From NCBI GenBank assembly GCA_010909165.1, contig VJWM01000107.1, positions 744,001-808,000 on the forward strand: a DNA stretch of 64,000 nucleotides, in the 5' to 3' direction. The notes beneath the pieces were generated by a model. It ran no database searches, was not told where the DNA came from, and worked only from the letters and a program-made list of their open reading frames with translations. Source of the DNA: Anthoceros angustus. Lineage: Eukaryota; Plantae; Anthocerotophyta. The translations under genes and the position numbers were made by a program. Below are positions 1 through 11,759 of the stretch, in pieces; position 1 is the stretch's first letter, and each line of letters begins with the position of its first letter.

Positions 1-875
1 CACATCGATGGTGTTCATGTTGCTCCCCATGTCGAACACAGGCACGCCAGCCCAGAACAGGGACTCCAGCGTCTTGTCATCCATGGCACCTTCATTCCCA
101 CCACTGCACGCATTACAATTACTTCACCAGACTCCACCCCGCACCCACACCACCACCTGCTTCACATCCCCACCGCAGAAGCAGCCCCAACTCACCCACA
201 AGAATGTTGGTCACATTCAAGTCCGTCAAATGCTTCACCCAGGTCAGCACGAAGTCCGTGAAGGCATGGTTGGAGAAGGTCACCACAACCACATTCCTCT
301 CCGCTCTGAACTCCACCAACTCCTTCCTCAGCCGAAACTCCTCCCTGGCAGGAAATTCCGTCTCCAGAGCAGGAACCTCCCAAACCGGCCTCCGCAACAG
401 GCTATGCAGCCCAGCCCCCGGCCCAGACCCAGACCCAGACCCACCATTCTCCTGTTCCTCAGGATCCTTAGCCGGCCCCTTCCCAGCACCATCCTCCTCA
501 TGGGCCTCCTCCTGCGCATCCGCAACCCCCGCGACCGCATCTTCCGACAGCAATGCGGTCCCAGCAGCCTCCCCCCGCTCGGCGATCCCGGAGTCCCTGC
601 CAGCTTCTTCCAAGCGCACACCGAATCAAAACCCACCACGCGAAATCAGAACCCACAACGCAAAATCAAAAACCCACCACAGAAATCCAAGCCCCAGAGC
701 AAATCCAGCAGGCGCGCGGAGGCAAGATACCAGGTTGCAGCACATCGACAGCGGCATACCCCGGCGGGCGCCAGCGGGCCAGCGCCTCCCAGTACAGCGG
801 CCTCCCGATATAGAAGAGCAGCAGCGAGGAGGCGAGGACTATGGCGAGCCTGGAGCCCACCTGCAGCGGCTTCAT
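1..875 (-). CDS. XEG113: XEG113-like extensin beta-arabinosyltransferase (GT77), 5' part; exons 875-731, 606-196, 89-<1; runs off the left edge
   Basis: Spliced translation gives an N-terminal signal anchor (LAIVLASSLLLFYIG), then VWEVP..FRLRKELVEFRAERNVVVVTFSNHAFTDFVLTWVKHLTDLNVTNILVG|AMDDKTLESLFWAGVPVFDMGSNMNTIDV. This matches recalled Arabidopsis XEG113 (NVIIVTFGNYAFMDFILTWVKHLTDL..ILVGAMD..LYWKGVPVFDMGS). GT donors at 730 and 195; both introns are phase 1 with AAG acceptors. The exon 1/2 junction is less certain. Confidence 0.9.
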
Positions 876-882
876 CCCGGCG

Positions 883-1472
883 TCCAGCCCCCGGCTCGCT
901 GGTTCGCTCTCACTCAGGGCCGCGCCGGGCTGCGTGTCCCGGCGTCACGACCCGCCAGACTCGGCGCAACGGCAACGGCAACGGCAACGCCAATTCCGCC
1001 CTTTCTTGCCCAGGCATGCTGCGGCCACAAAAGCCCGTGCGCGCACCACATTCCCATCCACCGAGCCCCGCATCCCGGCCCCGCCCGCTCACCGGGCAGC
1101 TCCACCTCCTGCCACCCTCACATCCGCCATCGCCACCACCTGCTCGCCAGATCAGGCAGCCTGCCCGCTGCTTCCAGCCCCGGCTCGCTGGTTCGCTCTC
1201 ACTCAGGGCCGCGCCGGGCTGCGTGTCCCGGCGTCACGACCCGCCAGACTCGGCGCAACGGCAGCAGCAGCAGCAACGCCAATTCCGCCCTTTCTTGCCC
1301 AGGCATGCTGCGGCCACAAAAGCCCGTGCGCGCACCACATTCCCATCCACCGAGCCCCGCATCCCGGCCCCGCCCGCTCACCGGGCGGCTCCACCTCCTG
1401 CCACCCTCACATCCGCCATCGCCACCACCTGCTCGCCAGATCGAGCAGCCTGCCCGCTGCTTCCAGCCCCCG
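883..1472. repeat. Near-perfect 289-bp tandem duplication just upstream of the XEG113 start codon
   Basis: GGCTCGCTGGTTCGCTCTCACTCAGG begins at 893 and at 1182. TCCAGCCCC(C)G occurs at 883, 1173 and 1462. Only a few substitutions separate the copies. Confidence 0.97.
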
Positions 1473-2779
1473 AGTCTCACTCGACTCCCCTCAGACGCAC
1501 CAGTCACTAAGCTCGACTTCAGTGCGCCAGCCCATCATTCTGTCCTGGGCCCCGTGTTGGTGGACGTTATTATGGGCACGTGCTTCAAAGCACCCGGCCC
1601 CCTCGGGGCCCTGGGCCGCCCCCGCCTTCTTCTACCATGGTCAAACCACGGATAGCCCGTGACCCATAATTACATGCTTCCCATCTCCACATGAATAAGT
1701 AGAGATGGGGTGAGCGGCGAGCCATCTCTGCTTGCAGCATGCATACCTGTGTACCATAGTGCAAGGTGTTGGATCCTTGAGGGCGCACGTCTCAATCCCA
1801 TTTCAACAACCCACTCCATGGCCACAACTCATTCACGATCACCCAGTGGAGATGGGAGCAATTCTAAGGCAGTCGCTGAGGGTGGTTGATATTTTCCGGG
1901 AGGGAGAGACACGGAACAATTCTGTCCCTCGACTCCCGCCTCCGTTGGAAGAGGGATGTTGATAGCTCGATATAGGCTTCAACGGGGCTGGTCATGACAG
2001 GAAAGACGCGCATCAGTGGAAGGCGCATGATGAGACCATGAGTCGAATTCAGGAAGACAACCGTATGCATGGTTGTCTTCCTCAATTCAATTCTGAAAGA
2101 CAACCTACCGGATTGCGGTCCCTTTGCCGCACCGTGTTGATGCACAGGCGAGCGACAGATTCACTGGAAAGATAGGCCACAACGACACCTTCAATACTCC
2201 GTGGACACTACGACATTAGGCTCCAGCACGAAGAGAGGAAGGAAAACACAACATTCCTGCCACATCGTGAGATGCAATTAAGTAAGTGGAAGGGATGATT
2301 TTAAATTTTGTTTCCGTTTATCCCTGTTCTCCGCGATAAAAGGAAAAGATCAGTCTCCCTTTGTTGTCCTTTGTAGGATGGACTTTCCCATCCATTTTTT
2401 CCCCCTCAATAAAATCACTGGCCAGGTGTGGGCCTTGCTAACACCCCACACGGCTGACACTTTACTTACACAAGTGTACTTCATGGGTGCATATCTTTCT
2501 CATGACATCCAGACCCATGATGTAGTGATTGTGTATAAGGTTTAGCCTTCACAGGCCACCGGCTTCGTTGGGTACCGGCCCCATCGGGCGGAGGCCTTTC
2601 GTCTTTGAATCTAATCTAACTAAAATGCCGAAACTCCGATTTGGTTAGAATGCTAATATTACCGCCAAATGAGTGCGTGTTATTTGTGATAGCGAGACTT
2701 GAGCTGCAATGCTTTGCCGCCAAATGAGCGCGTGTTGGTCGTGATGGTGGAAATTGTCTTGTTAAGGGATTGTCCTTTT

Positions 2780-4900
2780 TCCATAGAAGTACCACAACCA
2801 AGCCCATATGGAGAATGCCACCTAACATGGAAGAAAATGTTCTACAAGCATTCTTCATCCCTAGGACATGTGAACAAAGTCAGAGTTGCACACAATCCTT
2901 GGGAACGTGTGCAAGATTTCGTGGCAGGAATGGATCTGAATAGCCATAGTGGAGCACCTACAAATTTTGCACGAGCATGGACGAAGGGTCCAAGTCAAGT
3001 ATCACAACCCAATCAGCCTAAAGCGGATTCACCAATCATGGTAGTGAGGTATGTTGGGTTTGGTTTGTAGGAATGCTTTCTCTTATTTTGATTCACATGG
3101 CATGCCTTGTCGCCAACCACATGTCTTCCATAACTCAAAGCTTTCTCCAATAGTCTCTATTCTTGTAGAATTTTATACCAAATTATTCATCTTGTTGAGA
3201 AAATTCTAACGATGTTTTTTTCATTCAATTCTAAGCAACTTTAAATAAGATTTTGATTGAAACGTTTTGCTCACATGAAGGCTTTGATTTTTCAGCACTC
3301 TCTCTCTCTCTAGTTGTCACTAATGCAAATGAGCCATATACCAACTTTTTTTTTTAGTTGTCACGATCCTAATGGTGTGCTGTTTGTGCTATTCCAACAT
3401 AATTTGACTAAGAAGTAGAATGAAAACCATTTTCTCACAACATGGTTTTGATATTTTAGTGTTTTCTCAAGTCGTTACTTATCTGATCACTATATACCAA
3501 TTTTTTTGTCTCAACGAGACGAGCTGAATGGTATATTTTTTGTGCAATTTGGATATAATTTGGCTAGGATTATATCTCAAAACGCTTTTCCCAACTTCAT
3601 GACTTTTAGGTGCTCTCCTCACTTTTATGTTGCTTGTACAGGTATTGGTGTGGTTATGGGCCTAAAGATTATCATTCGATCATGCAAGATACTACTCAAC
3701 AACGTACTTTGCCTAACAAAAGGTGCCCACGGCTAAAACCTGGAAGGTGCATCAAATATAGTTGTCAGGCTAGTTTTACTATATAATGATTGCACTTGTG
3801 GCCGTTTGTTGCTAAGATTGTGCTTTATGAGAGTAGACATATTGATGTCAGGGGTCAGGTTTATCATGGTCCCTCTTACACTGACATAGTTTGAGATATG
3901 AGAGACCACATTTGTCAACGAATCCGCTGACAATATAAACACGCTTTCTTCTCTAGAGAAGAAAGCTTGGGTGAGATATTTTTTATATTGTCACGTATCT
4001 ATTGATGAGATTTTGCGACGTCATCAATTTTCTATTGTAGCTAGATCTTGTCCCTCTGTTTTATCAATCCATGAGAGCTATGTAAAGATAAGGATGACTT
4101 CCTCACACGGAATAATATTTACAATATAGCTAGAGAGGTAGACAAGAGAGAGTGAAGGTATCATGAACATGATAACCTCAGTGTGGGAATGTAGATGCAA
4201 TTACATATAGGATATGTGTTTCATAGGTCTGATGATGGAAAGCCTTTTTGCCTTAGATTGCAAACATCCTCCACGTTGAAGACTTGTATGCAACATGGAC
4301 ACAACAGTTTACTTACAATGGACTTCACTTTTGGAGTAAACAGGTAAAAGTATTAATTCTTTACTATCATGGTGTTCAACCAACACCATAATGGAATTCC
4401 AATTGCATGGCTTCTAACACAAGAAGTGACTATAAGAGCTTTAGTTCCATGGCTTACTTCTTCTCGCACGAGAGTTTTACAATCACCTGGCACCATATTA
4501 TAGGTTGCCATCTGCCTTCTTAGATGATGATTGTCCTGCAGAAATAAGTGCTTTGAGAGAGATCTAGTCACGTGATGTGCTGATCTTCTTGTGCTTATGG
4601 CACGTTCGCCGTGCCTAGTTATGAAATAAATTTGCTCAAGAAGTTCAAGAATGTGTAGGCCATGCATGCTATATGAGTTGAGTTAGGGCAAAGTATGTAT
4701 CTTCAAGGGGGACACACAACGGAGGACTCAATGGCTTTAGGAAATGAGCTTCTTCAAAAAATGTACAACAACTTGAGCCGAACGCAGCGGCAGTTTGTGG
4801 AATACATACAGCATACTTGGGAAGGCCAACTAGGTGAGAGTGATTGTTGTTATGTACTGCAAGAAGTCTACAAGCTTGTGTGGTATCGTTTGTTTTATAG
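2780..4900 (+). mobile_element. Decayed MULE/Mutator-type transposase gene (At1g60560-like SWIM/MULE family) with an intron
   Basis: Exon ~2780-3048 reads VRVAHNPWERVQDFVAG and ends at a GTATGT donor. After the TTGTACAG acceptor (~3640) come YWCGYGPKDY, HIDVRGQVYHGP, VSIDEILRRH, LLTMDFTFGVN, GIPIAWLL and DDCPAEISALREI*..FLCLWHVRRA*. These are MULE DDE and C-x-x-H motifs with several in-frame stops. Confidence 0.8.
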
Positions 4901-5551
4901 CGGAAGACTATTACACACAAACTTGTGCAAGCAATGAATGAATAAATCTCAAACAAAAATTGTTCATAAGTACATCATCTTGTAACCCTAAAATGAATAG
5001 TCACACATTTAAATTTAATATACTTAACTATGGGCAGGTTAAACGACTAACCCTAACACTCCTACTTAACCTAGCCGGGTTAAAAATAATTATTAAATGG
5101 ATAAACCCATAAATCCCGTGCCCCTGGCGATTCACACTCTAAAGCATGCGAACATGGAGCCCGTGAGCGTAAGCGCGAAGATGGAGCTTGGCGCAATAAT
5201 TATATGCGAGCTCGTAGCCATCTCCCAAGCCACAACCCTCCTCGCGAGACAAGCCATGGTGCGCACAAGGAACGGAGCACTAACCAGCCAGAAGAGAACC
5301 ATGCAACCCCAAATACCCAGACAACAGGATGCAGAGGAGCAAAGTACTCTGTCAGAGGAAAGCAGGGTGCATGTGATGTGGGATGCAAGGGGCGTCAAGG
5401 GACCAACCACTAGATTGGGTGAGCGAGAGAGGATGGTCGCCCTAGCCCTAGCAGAGGTTGAAGTAGGAAGAGCTAGAGGGGTAGCGGAGAAGGAGAGAAA
5501 AAAAGGGAGACCCATAACAATTGACAGGAGCCTAGTCCTACACCTTCAAGC

Positions 5552-6296
5552 ACACCCTCTCCCGATCATCCACATATGCATGCAGCTAAGTATGAGCAGA
5601 TGTAAGAAGAAAAGAAGCGAGCATAATGATGTGAACTTCTATCCAAAGTGCGTCGGAATCCTCGGAATCAATCTACCATGAATCCCAGACGGAGATCGCC
5701 TTGCGACGACGAAGCGAGTTGAGGTAGGTCACAGAGTATATGGCGAACGCCTCATACACACACGCGAGTCACCCCTATGACACAAAAATAGCGTTTCTTG
5801 CTTGAAGATGCGTTCAAAACAATAGAGTCTGTTTACACATGCTTTAGCTGCGACTTTTATCAACTACTTAACTACTAAATAAGTAGGCTACTTATAGATG
5901 CGTCTATGCTTAATGTCCTTCTTAACATAACTCTTCACGTTCCATTAGCATTTCAGTGTTTAAAATCATTTGAGTTATAAATCGGTAATTGCTAGAAATA
6001 TTCTTGAAAATAATAGTGTATTTTTCCACCTACATAATTAGATGGAAAATAACTTGTCTCGATATGCATATATTCAATAATGAAGTAAAATATGCTCTAC
6101 AGCTTATGTGTCTGCGTACATCATGACAGCTGTCGTGTGAAGTGAAAAAGGAAAAAGCAAATGGAGTAGTCTCGGCTGTCCCGGCTATCCTGACTCCCAA
6201 ATGACACCCTCTCCCGAGTATCAACATATGCATGCAGCTGAGTATTAGCAGATGTAAGAAGGAAAGAAGCAAGCATAATGGTGTGAACTTCTATCC
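5552..6296. repeat. ~92-bp direct repeat (5552-5643 and 6204-6296), probably LTR termini of the adjacent Gypsy element
   Basis: ACACCCTCTCCCGA...GTGAACTTCTATCC occurs twice with a few substitutions. The second copy abuts a purine tract on the minus strand (GGGGCGGAGGCGGGGTTGAGGGG, ~6297-6318) that lies downstream of the pol remnant. No clear TG..CA ends were found. Confidence 0.5.
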
Positions 6297-7430
6297 CCTC
6301 AACCCCGCCTCCGCCCCACCCGGTGCTAGAGGCTGCGGCATGAAAAGAGAATCAATGCCAACATGATGTAAACATGTTCTCAACCTCACTCAAAAGTACT
6401 TGAGTATGAGGCGAGGCACTTAGACAGTACCACAAGCGATTAGGCCCTCTCCAATGGTGGATCTAAAGAATAAATGGAATCCTCCATTGCATCCATTGCA
6501 TAATAACATAAGCTCAGCGTCATCAATACGCGAGCACACTTGGCATGGATAATCCGGAGGTGGAATCCATTCTGTTGTTATCACTGTAGGATCTAGGTTA
6601 GGCAAATGGCAAGGAGCACAATTCTTCATATTGTCCTTAATAGTCCTACCATCAGCGCCCTGAAGCAGAAAAATGCCGTTGTTGCGTACTTCCTTAATTC
6701 GCAGCAAGTGATGACTAGTGCTGGTGCCCACTGTATCTTTTGTCTGCTTCTGAAGGTAAACAAAGTTGCTTACCTGAAACTTCTTGAGCTTGGGTTATAC
6801 TCTTGTAATATCATCGCCCACCGGGCTAGCTTCCCACTCAGTTTGGTATTCACCATGAGCCATTTCAAGGGCTGGTGATCCGTGATCAAAGTGAAATGTT
6901 GTCCATACAAATAAGGGCGAAAGTGACATACAGCCCATACAGCGGTCAAACACTCTCCTTCATAGCTGCTGTAATTGGCTTCAGCTCGATTGTTACTGCA
7001 CGAGGCATGGCAATGACACGTTCGTGTCCTTTCTCATCCAAGTGTGCCAATACGACTCCAAGTCCTAGATTGCTCGAATCAGAATACACAATGAAAGGTT
7101 GATCAAAGTTAGGTCTGGCCATCCACCAAGTGCACCTTCATGATGTTGAAAGCTTGTTGGACAGCCTCTGACCATTCCTAAGTGACATCCTTTTTCAAAA
7201 GATCATTCAGCGACTTAGCAATCCGACTGAACTCTTGAATGTAAATTCGGTAATAGTTGCAGAGTCCTAAAAATGCTCGCAAAGAAGAGACATTAGTAGG
7301 CTCTTGCACACGCAAAATAGCCTGAACCTTGGATGAGTGTGACATAACACCATAAGGGACGATGAGATGGCCTAAATAAGCTACGGTATCCATTCCAAAT
7401 TCACACTTGGATGGATGGCATGTGAGCTCA
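6297..7430 (-). mobile_element. Ty3/Gypsy (Tcn1-like chromovirus-type) pol relic: RT C-terminus, RNase H, integrase C-terminus and PHD finger; integrase core deleted
   Basis: 7178-7393 VAYLGHLI..LRAFLGLCNYYRIYIQEFSRIAKSL (RT/connection). ~6860-7130 PFIVYSDSSNLGLGVVL and frameshifted TDHQPLKWL..KLARWAMILQEY (RNase H). 6420-6731 LLQGADGRTIKDNMKNCAPCHLP followed by CQVCSRIDDAELMLLCNGCNGGFHLF (PHD). Confidence 0.85.
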
Positions 7431-8056
7431 GCCTTACGCCATCTTCGTCGAGCTGCATACGCTCAAAGTGATCAGTTCCACTCACACGCGAGGCTGATCC
7501 TGAAAGTGTCCAGCTCCACTCACAAATAAAGCAGACTCTCTAAATGTCCCACTCCACTCACATGCGAAGCAGATTCTCAAAGTGACCAGCTCCACTCACA
7601 CACGAATTTTACTTAAGTCTACTAAGAACAGGGATTTCCGTCATGAGACTTGGTACTTAACAACTTGTACCATGGTGTGCCTAAACTACTTGCACCAAGG
7701 GCATCCACTCCCTTTAGGCACCCCAATCTAAGCTCAGGATGCTTAACCACGGCGTTCTTATCCATGTGGCCTAAGCCATTTGGACACACATAATTCGTGA
7801 GATAATTCGTGTAATGTGCCGAGTGGGCTTGTCATGTGACGTACAAGCGTGCTGTTTCCCAGATGGACCAACGCCCGCGGCCGCGTGTTGCGATACGCGC
7901 TGCGTCTCCGTGTGCGGGAGCTCTCGCTGGGTCCTAAGCCGCGGCTCGTCCATCTCAGTGCGTACCGTGGATCATCCGATTCGGCTTTGGTCAGCTCGCA
8001 TTCCGTTGCATTTCTTTCTGTGTGGGATTGCCAGCGTGAGGATTACAGCGTAGGAG

Positions 8057-9484
8057 ATGGGGCAGTCGACGCAGCAGGAGGGGGTGGCCCGGCAGCCATC
8101 CGGGGACTACGCGCCGTATCCGCCTCCGGTGTTCGACCAGGCGCGGCCCGGTGAGACTCCCGGGGTGCCTTCGGGAGCTGGCTGGGGGACGCAGGTCATG
8201 GGGAGTCCGGCGAATCCTGGGGCGGATCCTGGCAATTCCGCGGGTGCCAGAGGGTTTGGCTCTGGCTCTGGCTCTGGCGCTGGCCCCTACTCCACTGGCC
8301 ATGCTGCTGCCGCGCCGCAGCCGCAGCCGGGGCAACCTGGCTATGTCGCTCCGCCTGCTCCTCAAGGAAAAGGTAGGCAGATTGTCGTGCTGGTGGGAGT
8401 CTGTTGGCGTTATGTGTGATGTCGGTTTTGTCATCTTTTCTCGCCCCTGTGGATTTGCTGGATGATGGAGTTCCGGCCTCGTTTCGTGTTGGCAGACACT
8501 TTTGGGAAATTGGCGTCTGCAATGAAGGGAATGGCGGCCAAGGGAGGAGAGTCGGCTGGGAAGATACAGAAATACTGTGAGCTCGTGCTACCTTGTTTCT
8601 TTTTCAGATGAGGAGTGTGTGGAAGGTTATTTGGAAGGTGTGGGAAGTCTTCTCGTCTCAGATCTGCACAGTATGGTAGGTCTTTGTGAAATCGAGTTTG
8701 TCGCTGCTCTGACGTTGGAGTCTTTTTGGCAGTCTCCTCTGGAGGGAACGTTGCGGAGACAGTGATGGGACGAACGACGTTGGGGTTTAAACTTCTTGCG
8801 GAGGGGGGAGCTTTCAGCTTGTTTAAATCCACGTTTGGCGCTGCTGCAAACGAAGAGTTGCTCAAGACCTATGCGTGCTACCTCAGTACCTCGACGGGGC
8901 CTGTTGCAGGCACTTTATATCTCAGCAACTTGAAATTTGCCTTCTGCAGTGATCGGGCATTGTCCTATTCTGTAGCCCCTGGCCAACAATCTCAGAGTTT
9001 TTACAAGGTCAAGCTTCCCCCTACGATGCCGCTGCCTTCCTCAGTTCCGTTTGCATCATTGGTCGCCATGGTGGTGGATGTTTTCCCCTGATTTTCGAGG
9101 ACTTGGCTGTTTTAGGTTATGTTGCCTCTGGAGAAGGTGAAAGCTGTCAATCCTTCGACCAATCTGACGAAGCCCGATGAGCATTACATACAAGTGGACA
9201 TGGTGGACCACCATGAGTTCTGGTTTATGGGTTTCGTCAATTACGAGAAGGCTGTGAAGAACATGCGGGAGGCTCTGGCAAAGTTCCGTCCCTACGGTGC
9301 TCCTGCTGGTCCCCCTCCTCCAGGTGCATATTCCCATAGTGGTTCCTTCAATCATCCTCAAAATTCTGGACCACCGCCTCCGGGTTACCCTCAAAGTGGA
9401 CCACAGGCAGGCGGCCCTCCGCCATCTGGTTCTTTTTCTCAACATGGTACTCCCTATCCTCCCAATACGCCTCATCAGTATTAG
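8057..9484 (+). CDS. GRAM-domain protein, GEM-like / ABA-responsive family; exons 8057-8372, 8608-8670, 8733-9007, 9116-9484
   Basis: GT-AG introns preserve the frame (phases 1, 1, 0). VMGRTTLGFKLLAEGG..LLKTYACYLSTSTGPVAGTLYLSNLKFAFCSD..SFYK|VMLPLEKVKAVNPS..YIQV..VDHHEFWFMGFVNYEKAVKNM matches the GEM family. Both termini are P/G-rich. Confidence 0.93.
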
Positions 9485-10079
9485 ATGAGGTTCTATCCCC
9501 TGGGACACCTGATAGGACTGGGACTAGCATAAGTGGGCGCTGACTGGGAAGGACAGGGAAGTGTTCAGACGGCGCTGACTGGGAAGGAAAGAGAAGTGTT
9601 CCTATGAGGCATTGACAGTCTTTGAAAATGACCCAAATTTTATTGATTTTCTGTAGCTGTATAGGTAGATAGTCAGGTCTGGATTTGTGGTACTGTGTGG
9701 AGTCAGTTTGTACACTGTCAGCATCGAATATGTATTGCGCTGTCGCCTCCACGGAGCACTGGCAGCATGTTGTTCCTTTAAAGCACTGAGCTGAGTATGA
9801 TGCAGGTGGAGGCCTGCACTGCACCATGTCGGTCCACCTGCTCTGTTATAAGGGTCCTAGGAGTACATAGTCTAGTTCTGCAAGAACGTTCCGCTAGAGC
9901 CCTCGCGGTCATGTCTGCAGATGAGCACTAGGCATTACTTCGTGGCTTTATTTGCGGATAGCGAAGAAGCATCACAGCAATTGCAGGCTGCAGCCGCGGC
10001 TGATGCTCTCCATCTTTCTGAAAATGCCCGTCACGTCGATCACCTCAGAAATTTGCAGGCAACCTCAGAGATTTGTCGT

Positions 10080-10220
10080 CACCTGCAGGCTACCCCAGTT
10101 GGCAAAGTGGCACCACCTCGAAGTACTATCCCAGCGCAAACAGAAGGAAAGAGCTCAACGCCTCTGCCGGCAATGCAACACGGGCGACGTAGGTGACGAA
10201 TCACACCTCATTTCAGGTGT
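10080..10220 (+). mobile_element. Possible LINE ORF2 C-terminal zinc-knuckle fragment
   Basis: WHHLEVLSQRKQKERAQRLCRQCNTGDVGDESHL resembles the HxLxVE..R.C..C....EDE.H tail of non-LTR retrotransposons. The match is short. Confidence 0.45.
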
Positions 10221-10719
10221 CCTGCCAAGAACTAAGGTCAAAACTCTCTCTGGTAAGCTACTCCAAACCCTATCCCGAAAAAACACATGCTTCAGACACC
10301 TAGGGCGTTCGCAACCTTCCTCAAAACCGCTGAAGGCATACAAGAAAGTCACCTTGAAAATCAAATGTCACCCTCCGGCTCTAACCAGACACAAACTTAG
10401 AACCTAAAAACTTAAACTTTTTCCAACTTTCGCAACCCGACAGACCCACACTCCCAACATCTCTTCTAGCAACAGCACCATAAATTCAACGAATCTTCCG
10501 GGTAAAAGTTCATTGCAAAAGAAACTACCCCAGACCCAAAGCAAAAATTTTACCCCAAAAATAATTATCCAGAGAAAATACGAACAAATATTTATAAAAA
10601 TAGAAAAATATGAAAAAAAAACAACAGACTGCAACATTTTCATGTAAAAGACTTGAAAAAACAAATCCATAATTTCAACATAAACACCCACATTTGTAAG
10701 GGATTTTTGAGGCAGAACT

Positions 10720-11200
10720 CCTTTATGTGGTTAAGGCCATCTCGTACCTACCTACTCTTTTAGCCACACTCTCTAGGGTTAGCTCAGTTAACCTATTCAT
10801 TGATAACCAAGCAGCTATCTTGCCTTTAATTGACACATCTGCGCGCTCCTCCCAGGCTATCTCAATACGGGCTCGGGCCGCTCTCCATGCCCTCTCTCTT
10901 GCTCACCCTCAAGTTTTCCTAAACCTCCACTGGATTCCGGGCCATAATAATGTAGCCGGCAATGAGATGGCAGAGTTACCGCTAAGGCAGCCACTCTTCT
11001 TCAATTTCCGATGAAAAACATACCTTGCTCATGTCCAGGCCAGGCGTCAATGATTCATGTGGAGTTCTGATTGGGCATATGGCTATTGGGGCTTATTTGA
11101 GCGATTCAACATCGCTTTGGAAACCCATTTGTCGGAAATGTATGTCTTAGAAGAAACCATGACACATCCTTGAGTCGATTGCTCGGCTACCCGCAATAAG
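10720..11200 (+). mobile_element. 5'-truncated LINE 3' end with RNase H and C-terminal knuckle (Tad1/I-group-like)
   Basis: VNLFIDNQAAI..SARSSQAISIR..LHWIPGHNNVAGNEMA(D)ELAKAAT (one frameshift), then GHMAIGAY(F)ERFNI..ETMTH. An A-rich tract follows at ~11460-11482. Confidence 0.72.
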
Positions 11201-11660
11201 TGGGACCAGATTTTTCAGGGCTCTTACTATGATATGCGCCAACTCCTCAGTATATCCAAACTCAGAGGGAAACTTATCTCTTACTTCAAGTTGATTGGCG
11301 ACTACTTTTAGTGCAGGTTCCTTAGCAAAGCCATTTAGTCTTATGTTCTTTGTTTGATCTACTTTCTTAGCTTTTACACTCTCCCAAATGTCACTTCATT
11401 CATGTTGTTGATTCTTGTTCAGGCGTCATAGCCTTACGGCTGCATACGCCTAATGATCTATAAATAAATATAAATAAATAATACAAGCTCGTCACTTTAG
11501 GACAAAAGGATTCCTCACCAACAAAACTTTTACACCATAATATTTTTTTTCTAAATAACACCTCGTGAGGGTCGGATCCCCGTCCTCACGGGGCAAGTAA
11601 GCTTCGACAGGTAAATGCATATATATATATAGAAGGAGATAATAATAGGATAGTAATTCT

Positions 11661-11662
<2 letters not shown>

Positions 11663-11743
<81 letters not shown>
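11663..11743. repeat. (AT)n microsatellite, about 40 units
   Basis: Uninterrupted AT dinucleotide run at the boundary between the gene island and the TE cluster. Confidence 0.99.
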
Positions 11744-11744
<1 letters not shown>

Positions 11745-11759
11745 CTTCGAACTGGGTAG

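Noticed and set aside
666-875. Separate small membrane-protein gene (GRPLYW motif)
   Set aside because: A GT donor at 730 splices in phase to the XEG113 exon and supplies the expected type II signal anchor, so it is better read as exon 1.
8-1655. Long plus-strand ORFs of 500, 483 and 273 aa
   Set aside because: GC-rich antisense shadows of XEG113 and the 289-bp duplication; low-complexity translations with no domain.
5097-5681. 194-aa plus-strand ORF
   Set aside because: No recognisable motif; it overlaps LTR-like repeated sequence.
8608-8670. Frameshift or pseudogene in GRAM exon 2 (another frame gives FGRCGK)
   Set aside because: The 63-nt exon joins phase 1 to phase 1 without stops, so no frameshift is needed.
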